Source of the DNA: Hydrolagus colliei
Taxonomy: Eukaryota
Assembly: GCA_035084275.1 (NCBI GenBank)
Contig: CM068757.1
Coordinates: forward strand, 9,672,001-9,736,000
DNA: 64,000 nucleotides
Direction of reading: 5' to 3'
Positions 35,997 through 46,798 of the stretch are shown here, in pieces (the first letter of the stretch is position 1; each line of letters starts with the position of its first letter). A program made the position numbers and the translations under genes. Below the pieces are notes generated by a model. That model saw only the letters and a program-made list of their open reading frames with translations, searched no databases and was not told where the DNA came from.

Positions 35997-36559
35997 TCCT
36001 TGCCTGACACCATGGAGATGTGAAGAGGTGACAAATGGATGCTTGGTCAAGCTGTTCACAACATAAATAGAAAAGGAAATTGGAAACTGCTGGGAATCGC
36101 TCTGGACTGTTACACAATGTTCTGCTGTGTGTTGGCGGTGAGGTCAGGTCTATAACTCAATGTTCAGCAACGTCTCTCTTCAGTCTTTCTATTCTCTCCC
36201 CACAGTACCCCCCCCCCCCCCCCCCCCACCACCCCCCTGTTATTTCAGGGGCCACCAGCGCAAACAGGAAGCGTTTTGGAGCTGGAGCAAGGAACAGACA
36301 TTTTGTAATCTCAGTTTCTAATTTGCTCTATCAGCAGTTGGCTATCAGGTTAACATGGAGGGGAAATCGGGTGGGGTTTTAACTCCAAAGTTCAATAGAA
36401 CTCTCTGCAGCCTGTGTAAATTACGTTGTTGTGATGGATACTGTATGATATTAAGTTGAAGTATTACGCAGTGGGGTAAACTTGTTCAAGGTGAGCAAAG
36501 TCACATGCGCAGTCAAGAAAATAATGAAACTACCCAATTGAGCATTTACCAACAACAAA

Positions 36560-36778
36560 TTGGAATTGTATAAACCCTTTAATGTGGGTAAAATATCACA
36601 AGGCACTGGGCAAACAGGGTTACGACCGAAGCAGGGGTTGGGATCAGTAGGGATGGAGATCAGGTAGGATAGGGGTAAAATGGTGACCAAAGGCACGGTT
36701 GAACAGGAGGTTCTTGAGACTTGCTTTAAAGGAGGTAAGTGAGTGCACAAGGCTGCAGGTTCTGAATGAATAGCATTC
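36560..36778 (-). mobile_element. L2 3' fragment abutting the duplicated leader
   Basis: Minus-strand HSLTSFKASLKNLLFNRAF resembles the other L2 3' ends here. Confidence 0.55.
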
Positions 36779-36803
36779 ATGTGGGGGCACAAACTCGGCT
36801 ATA

Positions 36804-36864
36804 ATGTCCTCACCCGGTGGAGCTGCCAAGGCGCTGATCCTCGGGGCTTGGATTGCAGGATCAG
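36804..36864 (+). pseudogene. Duplicated leader exon with a 12-nt in-frame deletion in the hydrophobic core
   Basis: 36779-37038 copies 34201-34440. MSSPGGAAKALILGAWIAGS with the same donor. No GAS/ISRE block upstream; upstream ATG at 36779 is out of frame. Confidence 0.65.
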
Positions 36865-37289
36865 GTACAGAAAATGCGCAAACGTTAGACTGATTTGCTG
36901 CTGGATCCCACCGCTGAGCGAGACACAGAGTCGTGTTATCAGCACCGCTAACTGGAGGCTGCCCTCGGGGAGGGGTAGGGGTGGTGGGGGACACAGCCTG
37001 AAGGGTCTGTGTTTGGGGTTTAGCTGATAATATCAAATATCAAGGGCCTCTTGGATGGTAAACTGGCGGCCCACAGGCCGGATTCCTTTATCAATTTGTT
37101 TGTTTTGAACGTTATAATTGGAAACAGCGACAAAATTGCTCTGGGCTGATGGGGATTCTCCCCAGCAAGTTATAAGGGAAAAAACCAAGCCCTGTTTTGT
37201 GTGGGAGGCGAGGTCTTCAACTTAATGTTCAACAAGGACTCTCTTCAATCTGCACAAATTGTATTGTTGCTATGTGCTGTATATAATAT

Positions 37290-37699
37290 TAAGTTACAGT
37301 GAAGCACTGGGGCAGATACATTGGAAAGATTGAAGAGTCTCAGTTATGAGAACCAATAGTGCCCTTGATGAAGGAACCATCTTGGTGCAATCAACAAGGG
37401 ACAGTGAGGCTAGGGAAAAGAGAGTGACTGAAGGCGTGGTTGAATTGAAGGGTCTTGAGACTTGGCTTGATGGAGGCAAGGGAGTGAGCAAGGCAAAGGG
37501 AATGTGGGATGGAGTTATAAAGAGTGGGGGCAGAGAGGCTGAAGGGTGGTGGAGCGTGCAGGGCGGAGGACACAAATGAGGCCAGAGCCTGCTGAGTGGA
37601 GGAGAAGACAGATCCAATTGGAGTTAGCACGTCTCAGACACAGGGAGGAGCAAAGCCGTGGAGGGCTTTGAAGGTGATGAAAAAATAATTTTTACTTCT
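37290..37699 (-). mobile_element. Old L2, 3' part (host of the CR1)
   Basis: Reverse complement matches the L2 3' region (PTLYNSIPHSL..SIKPSLKT). Confidence 0.6.
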
Positions 37700-37797
37700 A
37701 TCATAGAATCATAGAATCATAGAATCATAGAATTTTACGGCACAAAAGGAGGCCATTCGGCCCATCTAGTCTGTGCCGGCTCTTTGAAAAGAGCGAT

Positions 37798-40584
37798 TCA
37801 ATCCCATTGCCCTGCCCGCTCCCCATAGCCTAATAGACCCGTTCTTCCTAAATAAAGATCTAATTCCCTTTTAAAAGTTGTTATCGAATCAGCCTCCACC
37901 ACCTTTTCAGGCAATGCATTCCAGATTCGAACAACTCGCTGAGTGAAAAAATTTCTCCTCAGCTCCCCTCTACTGCGCCTTGAAACTATTTTAAATCTGT
38001 GACCACGAGTCACAGATTCACCCACGAGTGGAAATAGTTTTTCTCTATTTGCCCTGTCGAAACCCCTCATGATCTTATAAACCTCTATTAGGTCTCCCCT
38101 CAATCTTCTCTGCTCCAGAGAGAATAACCCTAGCCTATCTAGCCTCTCCTCATAGCTGAAGTCCCTCAATCCTGGCACCATCCTAGTAAATCTTCGTTGT
38201 ACCCTTTCCAATGCCTTCACATCCTTTCTGTAGTGTGGTGACCAGAATTGAACACAGTATTCCAGCTGAGGCCTCACCAAAGTCCTATAGAGGTTAGTCA
38301 GCACTTCCTGACTTTTGTACTCTATACCCCTATTTATAAAGCCTAGTATCCCATATGCCTTCTTAACAGCCTTGTCTACCTGTCCTGCCACCTTCAACGA
38401 GTCACTAACACAAATCCCCAGGTCTCTCTGTTCCTTCACACCATTTAAAATTGTACTATCTAGCCTATATTGCCTCCCTTCATTTCTTCTCCCAAAATGC
38501 ATCACCTCACACTTCTCTGCATTAAACTTCATCTGCCATGTGTCTGCCCACTTTACCAATTTGTCTATATCCTCTTGCAGATGGCTACTATCCTCCTCAC
38601 TGTTTACTATTCTCCCTAACTTAGTGTCATCTGCAAACTTGGAAACTGTACTCCGTACACCCAAGTCCAGATCATTGATGTAGATTACAAACAGCAATGG
38701 TCCCAAAACCGATCCCTGTGGCACACCACTGCTCACTTTCCTCCAATCTGAAAAACAGCCGCTCACTACAACTCTCTGCTTTCTGTCTCGCAGCCAGTTG
38801 TGGATCCACGCTGCCACTGTCCCTTTTACGCCATGGGCCTTTAATTTCATAATAAGTCTCTCATGTGGCACTTTGTCAAATGCCTTTTGAAAGTCCATGT
38901 AAACTACATCAACTGCGCTACCATTATCCACCCATTCCGTTACCTCATCAAAAAATTCTATCAGATTTGTAAGGCAAGATTTGCCTTTAACAAATCCATG
39001 TTGACTGTCCTTTATTAGCCTATATCTTTCTAAGTGAAGATCTACCTTGTCCCTGATTATGGACTCTAGAATTTTGCCCACTACCGACGTTAGACTGACT
39101 GGTCTGTAGTTACCAGGCTTGTCCTTCTGCCCCTTTTTATACAAGGGAGTAACATTAGCTATCCTCCAGTCCTCTGGCACGACCCCTGTGTCCAAGGAAG
39201 ATTGAAAGATCGTGGCCAGAGTCCCTGCTATTTGCTCCCGTGCCTCACTTAGTAACCTAGGGTGCATCCCATCCGGACCAGGTGACTTATCCACCTTGAG
39301 CGACATCAACCTTTTTAGCACTTCCTCTCTGGTTATAATTATTCTATCCATTTCTCCTACCCTCTCCTCTAATACCATGGCATTGGCTGTATCATTTTCT
39401 TTTGTGAAGACAGAGGCGAAGTACTCATTCAGTACATCAGCCATGCCCTCTGCCTCCACAATGAGATTTCCTCCTAGGTCCCTAATTGGCCCCACCCTCT
39501 CCTTGACCAACCTTTTACTCTTAATATGTTGGTAAAAAACCTTAGGGTTCCCCTTAATCTTACTCGCTAATTGTTTTTCATGCAGTCTCTTTGCCCCTCT
39601 AACTTCCTTTTTTAGTTCTATCCTACACTTCCTATATTCTGCTTGGTTCCCTTCTGAATTTTGAGCCTGACACTTATCATAAGCCTCTTTTTTTTGTTTG
39701 ATTTTGGCCCCGATTTCCTTAGTCATCCAGGGAGGTTTGGATGCCTTACATTTCACCTTTGTGGGGATGCTTTTGACCTGTGCCTGAACTATCTCCTCTT
39801 TGAACGCTGCCCACTGCTCGTTAGTTGTCTTACCTGCCAATTTTTCTTTCCAATCCACCTTGGCTAGGTCCCACCTCAACTCATTGAAATTAGCCCTTTT
39901 CCAGTTGAGTGTCCTCACCTGTGATCGTTCCTTATCCCTTTCCATAATTATTCTGAATCTAACGATATTGTGGTCACTATTCCCTAGATGCTCACCTACA
40001 GAAACCTGTTGAACTTGCCCTACCTCATTTCCCAAAACTAGATCCAGCAATGCTTCTTTCCTCGTTGGACTGGAAACATACTGATCAAGAAAGTTGTCCT
40101 GCACACACTTCAGGAATTCTTCTCCCTCCTTGCCCTTTACTCTACTATTCTGCCAGTCTATGTTGGGATAGTTGAAGTCACCCATTATCACTACTCTATT
40201 AGCTCTGCATTTCTCCGTGATACGCTTGCAGATCTGCTTGTCTATCTCCTCCCCACTATTTGGTGGTCTATAGTATACCCCTAACAGTGTAACTGCACCT
40301 TTTTTATTCCTCAATTCTAACCAGATAGATTCGGTTTTTAGTCCTTCTTCCACCTCGTTCCTTTCTAAGGCAGTCACTGAGTCCTTAACTAAAATTGCCA
40401 CCCCGCCCCCTTTTCTCCCTTCTCTATCCCTCCTGAATACATTATAACCAGGAATGTTCAACTCCCATTCCTGCCCATGCTTGAGCCAAGTCTCTGTTAC
40501 TGCTATAACATCATATCGCCTCGCAGCAACCTGAGCCTGCAGCTCACCAATTTTATTTCTCAAACTTCGTGCATTTACATACAT
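37798..40584 (-). CDS. CR1 ORF2: APE endonuclease + reverse transcriptase, 928 aa, uninterrupted
   Basis: YVNARS, AVTETW, GDFNYP, SDHN (endonuclease); [31 protein letters not shown] (RT). Confidence 0.95.
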   Translation of the reverse strand: MYVNARSLRNKIGELQAQVAARRYDVIAVTETWLKHGQEWELNIPGYNVFRRDREGRKGGGVAILVKDSVTALERNEVEEGLKTESIWLELRNKKGAVTLLGVYYRPPNSGEEIDKQICKRITEKCRANRVVIMGDFNYPNIDWQNSRVKGKEGEEFLKCVQDNFLDQYVSSPTRKEALLDLVLGNEVGQVQQVSVGEHLGNSDHNIVRFRIIMERDKERSQVRTLNWKRANFNELRWDLAKVDWKEKLAGKTTNEQWAAFKEEIVQAQVKSIPTKVKCKASKPPWMTKEIGAKIKQKKEAYDKCQAQNSEGNQAEYRKCRIELKKEVRGAKRLHEKQLASKIKGNPKVFYQHIKSKRLVKERVGPIRDLGGNLIVEAEGMADVLNEYFASVFTKENDTANAMVLEERVGEMDRIIITREEVLKRLMSLKVDKSPGPDGMHPRLLSEAREQIAGTLATIFQSSLDTGVVPEDWRIANVTPLYKKGQKDKPGNYRPVSLTSVVGKILESIIRDKVDLHLERYRLIKDSQHGFVKGKSCLTNLIEFFDEVTEWVDNGSAVDVVYMDFQKAFDKVPHERLIMKLKAHGVKGTVAAWIHNWLRDRKQRVVVSGCFSDWRKVSSGVPQGSVLGPLLFVIYINDLDLGVRSTVSKFADDTKLGRIVNSEEDSSHLQEDIDKLVKWADTWQMKFNAEKCEVMHFGRRNEGRQYRLDSTILNGVKEQRDLGICVSDSLKVAGQVDKAVKKAYGILGFINRGIEYKSQEVLTNLYRTLVRPQLEYCVQFWSPHYRKDVKALERVQRRFTRMVPGLRDFSYEERLDRLGLFSLEQRRLRGDLIEVYKIMRGFDRANREKLFPLVGESVTRGHRFKIVSRRSRGELRRNFFTQRVVRIWNALPEKVVEADSITTFKRELDLYLGRTGLLGYGERAGQWD

Positions 40585-40706
40585 GCACTCTAAGGCACAA
40601 ATTACTTCCTCTGCATTTTTCTCCCGTCTTCCCTTTACCCCTGTCCTCCTTATTACCCCTCCTGTATTTGAACTACTGATCAGTTTCCCACCCTCACCCC
40701 CCGGGA

Positions 40707-41621
40707 TTAGTTTAAAGCCCCCCCCACAAAACTCGACAACCTCCCTGCAAGAAGATTGGTTTCAGCCCTGTTCAGGTGTAACCCATCCATTTTGTACAGG
40801 TTCCACCTACCCCAGAATTGGTCCCAATGGTCTAGGAACCAGAAACCCTCCTTCCTACACCACTTCTCCAGCCATGCATTGATGTGCCTTATTCTAGCAT
40901 TCTGGAACTGGCTTGCTCGAGGCACTGGAAGCAACCCAGAGATCACCACTCTCGAAGTTCCACTTTTCAATTTACTCCCTAGTCTCTGGTACTCTCCCTG
41001 GAGCATCTCAGGTCTTTTCCTCTCAACTTCATGGGTCCCAACATGGACCACCACAAGTGGATTTTCCCCTTCCCCTTGCAGAATTTCCTGGACCCGCTCA
41101 GTCAAGTCTTCAACCCTGGCACCTGGTAGGCAACACACCTTCCGAGATTCGCGTTTCCGTTCACAAAAACGCCTATCTATACCTCGGACAGTTGTATCTC
41201 CTATTAAAATGGTCTTGGTGGAGTTGGTTTGTCCAACCTCCTCACAGACCTCCTTTTCCAAACAGGTTGAAAGTACTTCATACCTGTTGGCAATGTTTAC
41301 AGTCTGGGGTTTCTCTGCACCAGTCTTGTGTTTCCGTACACGCGGTCGTCTGACTGTCACCCAGTCCTGACCGTGGCTGGCAACAGCGCACTCTTGTTCC
41401 CTCGGTCTTGGTGGAGTGTCAGGCTCTAGGATAAAACTATCTAAAAAGCTCTCCCCTTCCCTGATGCACCGCAATGTCTCCACCTGATACTCCAGCTCAG
41501 CTATTCTAAGCTGGAGCTTCCTCAGGTGCAGACATTTGCTGCAGATGAAGTCACCTTGGCTCAGGTTGCCCTCCATCAACTCCCACATCCCACATTCCTC
41601 GCACATCACATGCCAGGTCAT
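40707..41621 (-). CDS. CR1 ORF1: CxxC..CxxC zinc finger/coiled coil + SGNH esterase-like domain, 304 aa
   Basis: CEEC..CSKC, LQLRIAELE, ILIGDT, CLPGARV, VHVGT, DGLHLN. Confidence 0.9.
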   Translation of the reverse strand: MTWHVMCEECGMWELMEGNLSQGDFICSKCLHLRKLQLRIAELEYQVETLRCIREGESFLDSFILEPDTPPRPREQECAVASHGQDWVTVRRPRVRKHKTGAEKPQTVNIANRYEVLSTCLEKEVCEEVGQTNSTKTILIGDTTVRGIDRRFCERKRESRKVCCLPGARVEDLTERVQEILQGEGENPLVVVHVGTHEVERKRPEMLQGEYQRLGSKLKSGTSRVVISGLLPVPRASQFQNARIRHINAWLEKWCRKEGFWFLDHWDQFWGRWNLYKMDGLHLNRAETNLLAGRLSSFVGGALN

Positions 41622-41760
41622 TATCTTGACTTACTTCCCTGGGATATATATAACCTGCAGCTACTTCCCCCTCTGCACCTAATTCCCACTCTCACCCAAT
41701 TCCTTCTCACTCTGTCCTCGCCTCACTCCGTCCGTAGCTCACTCTGGCTGGCTCTCGGCT

Positions 41761-42070
41761 CATCTGGGGAATGGGGAGCCAGAGCAGCCGAGTCAGGGTG
41801 ATAGGGTCAAGGATTCCGGTGTGGGAGAGAATACAAGCTGCAGGTTGTGAATGAATGGCTGCTTGAGGAGGGAAGAGTTGGGAAACCGATGAGCAGGAAT
41901 TTGGGGTTGTCCAATCTAAATGTAAATAAATGCATGGATGAGGAACTCAGTGGGTGGGGGGGGGGGAGAGTCAGGTGATTAGTACATGGAAGTAGGGTGC
42001 CATCGAGGGTGGAGGCAGAGAGATGGAGTTGGGTGTCATCTGCATACATTTGGAAGCTAACCCCGTGTAG
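41761..42070 (-). mobile_element. Old L2, upstream part (host of the CR1)
   Basis: YADDTQL RT motif at the 42049 end; continues into the HWLP region at the CR1 junction. Confidence 0.6.
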
Positions 42071-42560
42071 ATAACATCGTGGTGGGGTATGAGCAGCATG
42101 GAGAGGTGGGGAGGGGCCAGGGCGGGAAGTGATTTGAAAGTGAAAAGGAGGATATTCTAATCAATCCATTCTGCAACAAGCAGCCAGTGAGGGCTTGCAG
42201 ACACGGGGGAAATGGGGGTGCGGAGTCTCAAATACGTGAGGCACAGTCAGCAGAATTTTGACACAAGCCTCAACCCCTCATTCTCTGGATAACCTGTGGG
42301 GTATAATTCTATAGGCACGAGCTGTGCTCCAGTGCTCTGCCTAAATGGCCATTAATGCTGTTTAACATTCACCCCTTGGTATTGTCACCAAACCCTTGGG
42401 TAGGACTAGATTTTCTTGCTTCAATATTCTTGAAGCAGTATCTCATCCCAACCTATGAATTTTAACCTGTTTCTAATCTCAGATAATCAAAGCTGCTATT
42501 CTGGTGTTTAAAATGCTCAGTTGTCATCAATGTTTTGGAATGCCTCTTGTTTTTACACAG

Positions 42561-42902
42561 ATGCTTTGGCAATGACAATATTTAAAGACCCATTCGAGGT
42601 CTTATTGAATGAAGATGTTGTCCTTCAATGTAACGTAACCCTCAAGACTCCGGAGGAACCCAGCCTTGAAATAATTGCAGTTCGGTGGTTTTGGGGGTTG
42701 AAGGAAGTGTATGTATACAATGGAGGGATATTTAAAGCTATCAGAAACGGATCAAAGATAATAGTAGAAAATCTGCAAAGGGGAGATGCCTCACTACATC
42801 TTCCTAAGGTTCAGATATCTGAAGCAGGAGTGTACAAGTGTATGGTTTACTTGATGCCGACCACATCACAAGAAGAAAAGAGTTCAACCTTAATAGTGTC
42901 AG
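42561..42902 (+). CDS. ncr3lg1-like: Copy B IgV exon, B7-family-like
   Basis: ttttacacag| to TCAG|gtaagc, 342 bp. VVLQC..VRWFW..RGDASLHLPKVQISEAGVYKCMVYLMP resembles B7-H6 (GDASLRLP..EAGEYRC, from memory). Confidence 0.85.
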
Positions 42903-43204
42903 GTAAGCACAGTAATCTTGCCATGTGTTGTGTTGCGGCTTGTAATGCTGTATTCACCAGATCACAAGATAAGTTGAGATGATTCGCCCACAAATATACA
43001 GTCAATTCACTTTACAGTATATTCTGTGAAGCGCTTTGGGACGTCGATAAGATGTGAAAAGCGCTGTATCAAATGCAAGAATTATTATTATTATGAATAA
43101 TTATGAGTTATGATGTTCAGACCATCTGAGGTCAAGCATCCAGGAAACCCATAGTCACATCACTGCATCAAACTATTCCAGTGTCCTATCTTCAACCACC
43201 CTTC

Positions 43205-44735
43205 TGTAAGGGTCGAGTGCAATAGTCAGCAATGAACAGCACACATTAAAAGTTAAATAACACAAGTTTATTGCTTGGTAATAAGGCTAGTAACTTAAAT
43301 AAGGACACAGACAAAATGCATCAAGATAAACAAACTTATACTCTAAAATTAGTAACTAACTCATCTATTCCGCACACGCGTACTGCTCCACCCCGCAGTG
43401 TATGGATGCGTGAGTGTGTGAATATACTACCGGGTTCTGGGTGTCTGTCAATAATAATATTCCTTAAGTTTATATAACACTTTCCACGACTAATTGTCGC
43501 CTCAAAGCGCTTCACAGAATACACAACGACCTAAGTTGGGACAGAAGCAGTGGGGGAAGGTTCGTGGTTGGGGGAAGGAAAGTAGGAATATTGACTGCAT
43601 TGACCGTTTGTGGGCGAAACGCGGCAGCCAAATTGCGCACAGCGGTGTCCCACAAACAGTCGTGGAAATGGAGCCAGGGGAGAAAGGGGGAAAAGAGGAT
43701 AAGAGGGAGAGGGAGGCGAAGGTGGGGAACAGTCAGATAGGAAAAGGGGAGAGAAAGGTGGCAAGGGAGAGAGGGAGGGCAAGGTGGGTGGGGGGCAAAA
43801 TCACGGAGAAATGGGGGCAAGAGGAAGAGGGAGAGAAGGGGAAAAGGAGGGGAGAGAAAGTGGGGAAAGGGAGTAAGGGAAGAAGGGGGGGGGGGGTGGG
43901 GGGAAGGCCGGGGCAGGGGGGATTAAATAACAACAATAAACAACAAAATCAACAACAATAAACAACAAAATCAACAACAATAAACAACAAAATCAACAAC
44001 AATAAACAACAAAAGCAATAATATTAATAACAAAAATAATAACCATCAAAAATAGTCCAGAAGCACCACCTCAAGGTCCAGTTTCCCTCTGCTTGTAGAT
44101 TTCCTTGACTCTTTGCTCTGCCCTGCTTGCCTTTTACTCAACTTCTGTATGTCTCTCTCTCTTGCCAAGCTGTGTTTTAGGTTCGTTGATTGGGCTGATA
44201 TTCTGCTTGACAGTCAATCAAGGCTTCTCTCTTTCTCTGTCTCTCTCACTTTTGCCAGTTAACCCTTCACTGCTATTATCCAGGCTGCAGTACCTGGACA
44301 ATAACAATTGTCCTGGCTGATCACACAACAGCTGGACTCTCTCAGCAGCTAGTCTGACATTTGGTGTTGGCTGACCACAAACAACCAGACCTCCCCTCTT
44401 CTAACTGTTGGCTCACTGCTCCACTGTGCACTGTCCTCCTGCTAGCCTGACCTCTCACTCTCCTGCTGGTTCTCTTTCCTTCTTTTGATTGTTGAAATGA
44501 TTGTTGGTTCTTGGTTGATTGTTGAAATGATTGTGCCTTTACCCCTCAAACCTTCCTATCTTTGTACTGTTTTTGCGGCATCAGGACAATAACCAGATTT
44601 CTCCTGTTAGAACTGGCCATGCACCCACAAGAATCTGTTTATTGATCTTTGTCCAAGTCATTCTCAAACTCATTAAGTTTTAAAAAGAATGTGTATTCTT
44701 AATCATTGTCCCTTAGTACTCCATAAACCCTTGCA
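43205..44735 (-). mobile_element. Possible solo LTR in the V-C1 intron of copy B, interrupted by SINE and simple repeats
   Basis: Ends TGTAAGGG...CCCTTGCA; minus-strand AATAAA near the 3' end. The TSD is not clean (ccttc/cctga). Confidence 0.3.
43929..44014 (+). repeat. 22-bp tandem repeat (aacaacaataaacaacaaaatc) x about 4
   Basis: Read directly from the sequence. Confidence 0.85.
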
Positions 44736-45788
44736 CCTGACTAGGTCAGTTCAATCCACGACTGTTTGTGGGATACAGAGGGTTGGTGGATCGCTACTCG
44801 GGGCATTAATCCCATTACAAAAAGTTCTAATAATAATTTAGTGCTGAACACGTCTTATCAATGTCTCAAAGCTCTTCATAGAATATATTGTAAAGTGAAT
44901 TGACTGTATATTTGTGGGCAAAATGCGGCAGCCAATTGCGCACAGCAGCGTCCCACAAACAGTCGTGGATTGAAATGACCAATTTTTATTATTTTTTAAT
45001 TGGTAATTTTGTCATTGGATTTGAGTTTCTACCTTGGATTATTTTACTAATTTCAACTTTAAACCTTTAACCTCTTGTTCTACCATCTTGGTGCATCATG
45101 TTTTACACATTTATGCACCATCTGAGAAATCGTCTCTCAAGACTGATGAGCCCTATCTCATTTTGGCTGAAAGTCCCAGTTAATAAACAACCCATCAGTC
45201 AGAGTGATTGTTATTAACCCCTCTGCTTAAGCAACCATTGATGCCATCTAAAATGGGTCAGATGAACTGGTAACCATGCATTGGTCTCCAACACACCTGT
45301 CCATTTCTATCTCGGTGAGATGCTTCATTTGGGGAAACACAGTTACCCCATTCTTCTGTTGACCTATAGTGATGTAAATTGTTTCGTTAACTTGCCAAGA
45401 TTAGATGTATGTAGCTCACTGGTATTAGTTCATAAATCTTGGGGTTGAAATTCAAATTAGTCTTAATTCATATGGTATTGTTGTTGTTGTTTGTTGTTGT
45501 TGTTATGTTGTAAAATCTAAGTGTTGTGCAAAATTGTTCCATTGAATTAGAAAGCCATTACTTCTAAGAAGTGGGAATCATTGATTTTTTAAGGAATTTT
45601 TCTTAATTTTGTGCAATTCAAAGTTCCAGGGTAGACAAGGTGGAATTTCTGTCTGCCTGTTGCTGTGTCTGAAGTAAATACAAGTTGTATTATTATTCTC
45701 ACGTGTGTGTATGTTGTGGGTAGGAAATAAAAGTGCTGCTTGAAAGACAATACTATATTCATGTAAAGAAATGTGATAACCTCTACAG

Positions 45789-46238
45789 CTCAGCCAAACG
45801 TCACCTTGTCTCCACATCGCATCAATGTAATCAATGGTTCAGTAGAAGACTTGATGTGTGATGTCAATGGATTTTACCCTGAGATGCACAGCATCAGCTG
45901 GGTCAAGGTATCGCGTGGTGTGGAGACGGAGATTACAACAGATATCTTGACGCAAGATTTAGTTATCAATGAGGACAAAACATTTAATCTTTCCAGCAAG
46001 TTGAAGATCAGACCAACCCTGGCTGTCGATGGTGATAAATACAGGTGTGTGGTGAAGCACAGAACATTCAGTGATAGTCTTACACTGGAGGCAGAGCTGA
46101 CTGTGGGAATTGAGAATCCCCAGGATCCTGAAGGATATGGACCTGGAGCTGTTATTGGAGGTGTAATCGGTGTTGTCCTGATAGTGATTGTCGTCTTTGT
46201 TTTCGCGGCACTTTACTTTTGGAAGAAAACGAAACAAG
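45789..46238 (+). CDS. ncr3lg1-like: Copy B exon: extracellular Ig C1 + stalk + TM + KKTKQ
   Basis: ctctacag| to CAAG|gtaag, 450 bp. LMCDVNGFYP, ISW, YRCVVKH, then TM. Confidence 0.9.
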
Positions 46239-46666
46239 GTAAGGATCTTCACAGCCCTAAACAACAACGGCAGACGTGGGGGTGATTTATTATACACTAA
46301 ATGGTCTTGTGCACATTTTCTATCAATAGAGAACAGTCAGCTGACACTTGATCAACTGAAATAGATATTGTCCTAATGACAGTCAAAAAGTTTTTGTCGA
46401 GGCCTCTGCTCTCTGGGACATTTACCCGAATCTTTTCTAAAGACTTACCTGTTTGATCGTGCTTTTGGTCACTAGCAGCATTCCCTGCTTCCTCTTTGCA
46501 CCTCACTCAGTGATCCACACTGTAAAGTCCTTGTAAAGTACTTTGAGATGACATCAAAAGATACTGCATGAGGGCAAATTGTTGTTATAACTGAACTGTG
46601 TTGATCATTACCCAGGTTTCTTGAGAGAATTAGAATATTTGATGCTACTTTTTGTATGTTCCACAG

Positions 46667-46798
46667 CTCCTCCCAAGATCAATGAAATCAGCAAACCCAC
46701 TCGCTTTATACATGGGCAGCGTGTCGATCTGAGTTGGGAAGTGACTGGTTTCAAACCAAAACAGCCTCTCAAAAAATCTGTAACTTTAGATGTTGAAG
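46667..46798 (+). CDS. Copy B D1 exon with a 288-bp in-frame internal deletion
   Basis: Same splice sites as copy A D1. GFKPK joins directly to QPLKKSVTLDVE; 132 bp. Confidence 0.75.

Larger units (their letters stand above)
37700..41760 (-). mobile_element. Full-length CR1 LINE, antisense in intron 1 of copy B, nested in an older L2
   Basis: Two intact ORFs; (ATTCTATG)x4 3' tail at 37700-37733; L2 sequence resumes on both sides. Confidence 0.93.

Noticed and set aside
42907-42950. V(D)J recombination signal after the V exon (cacagta) and other cacagtg/cactgtg heptamers
   Set aside because: No ACAAAAACC-like nonamer at 12 or 23 bp in those I checked, and the V exon ends in a normal splice donor.
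43494-43961. 155-aa G/K/E-rich ORF in the V-C1 intron
   Set aside because: Made of a SINE remnant, a purine tract and a tandem repeat.
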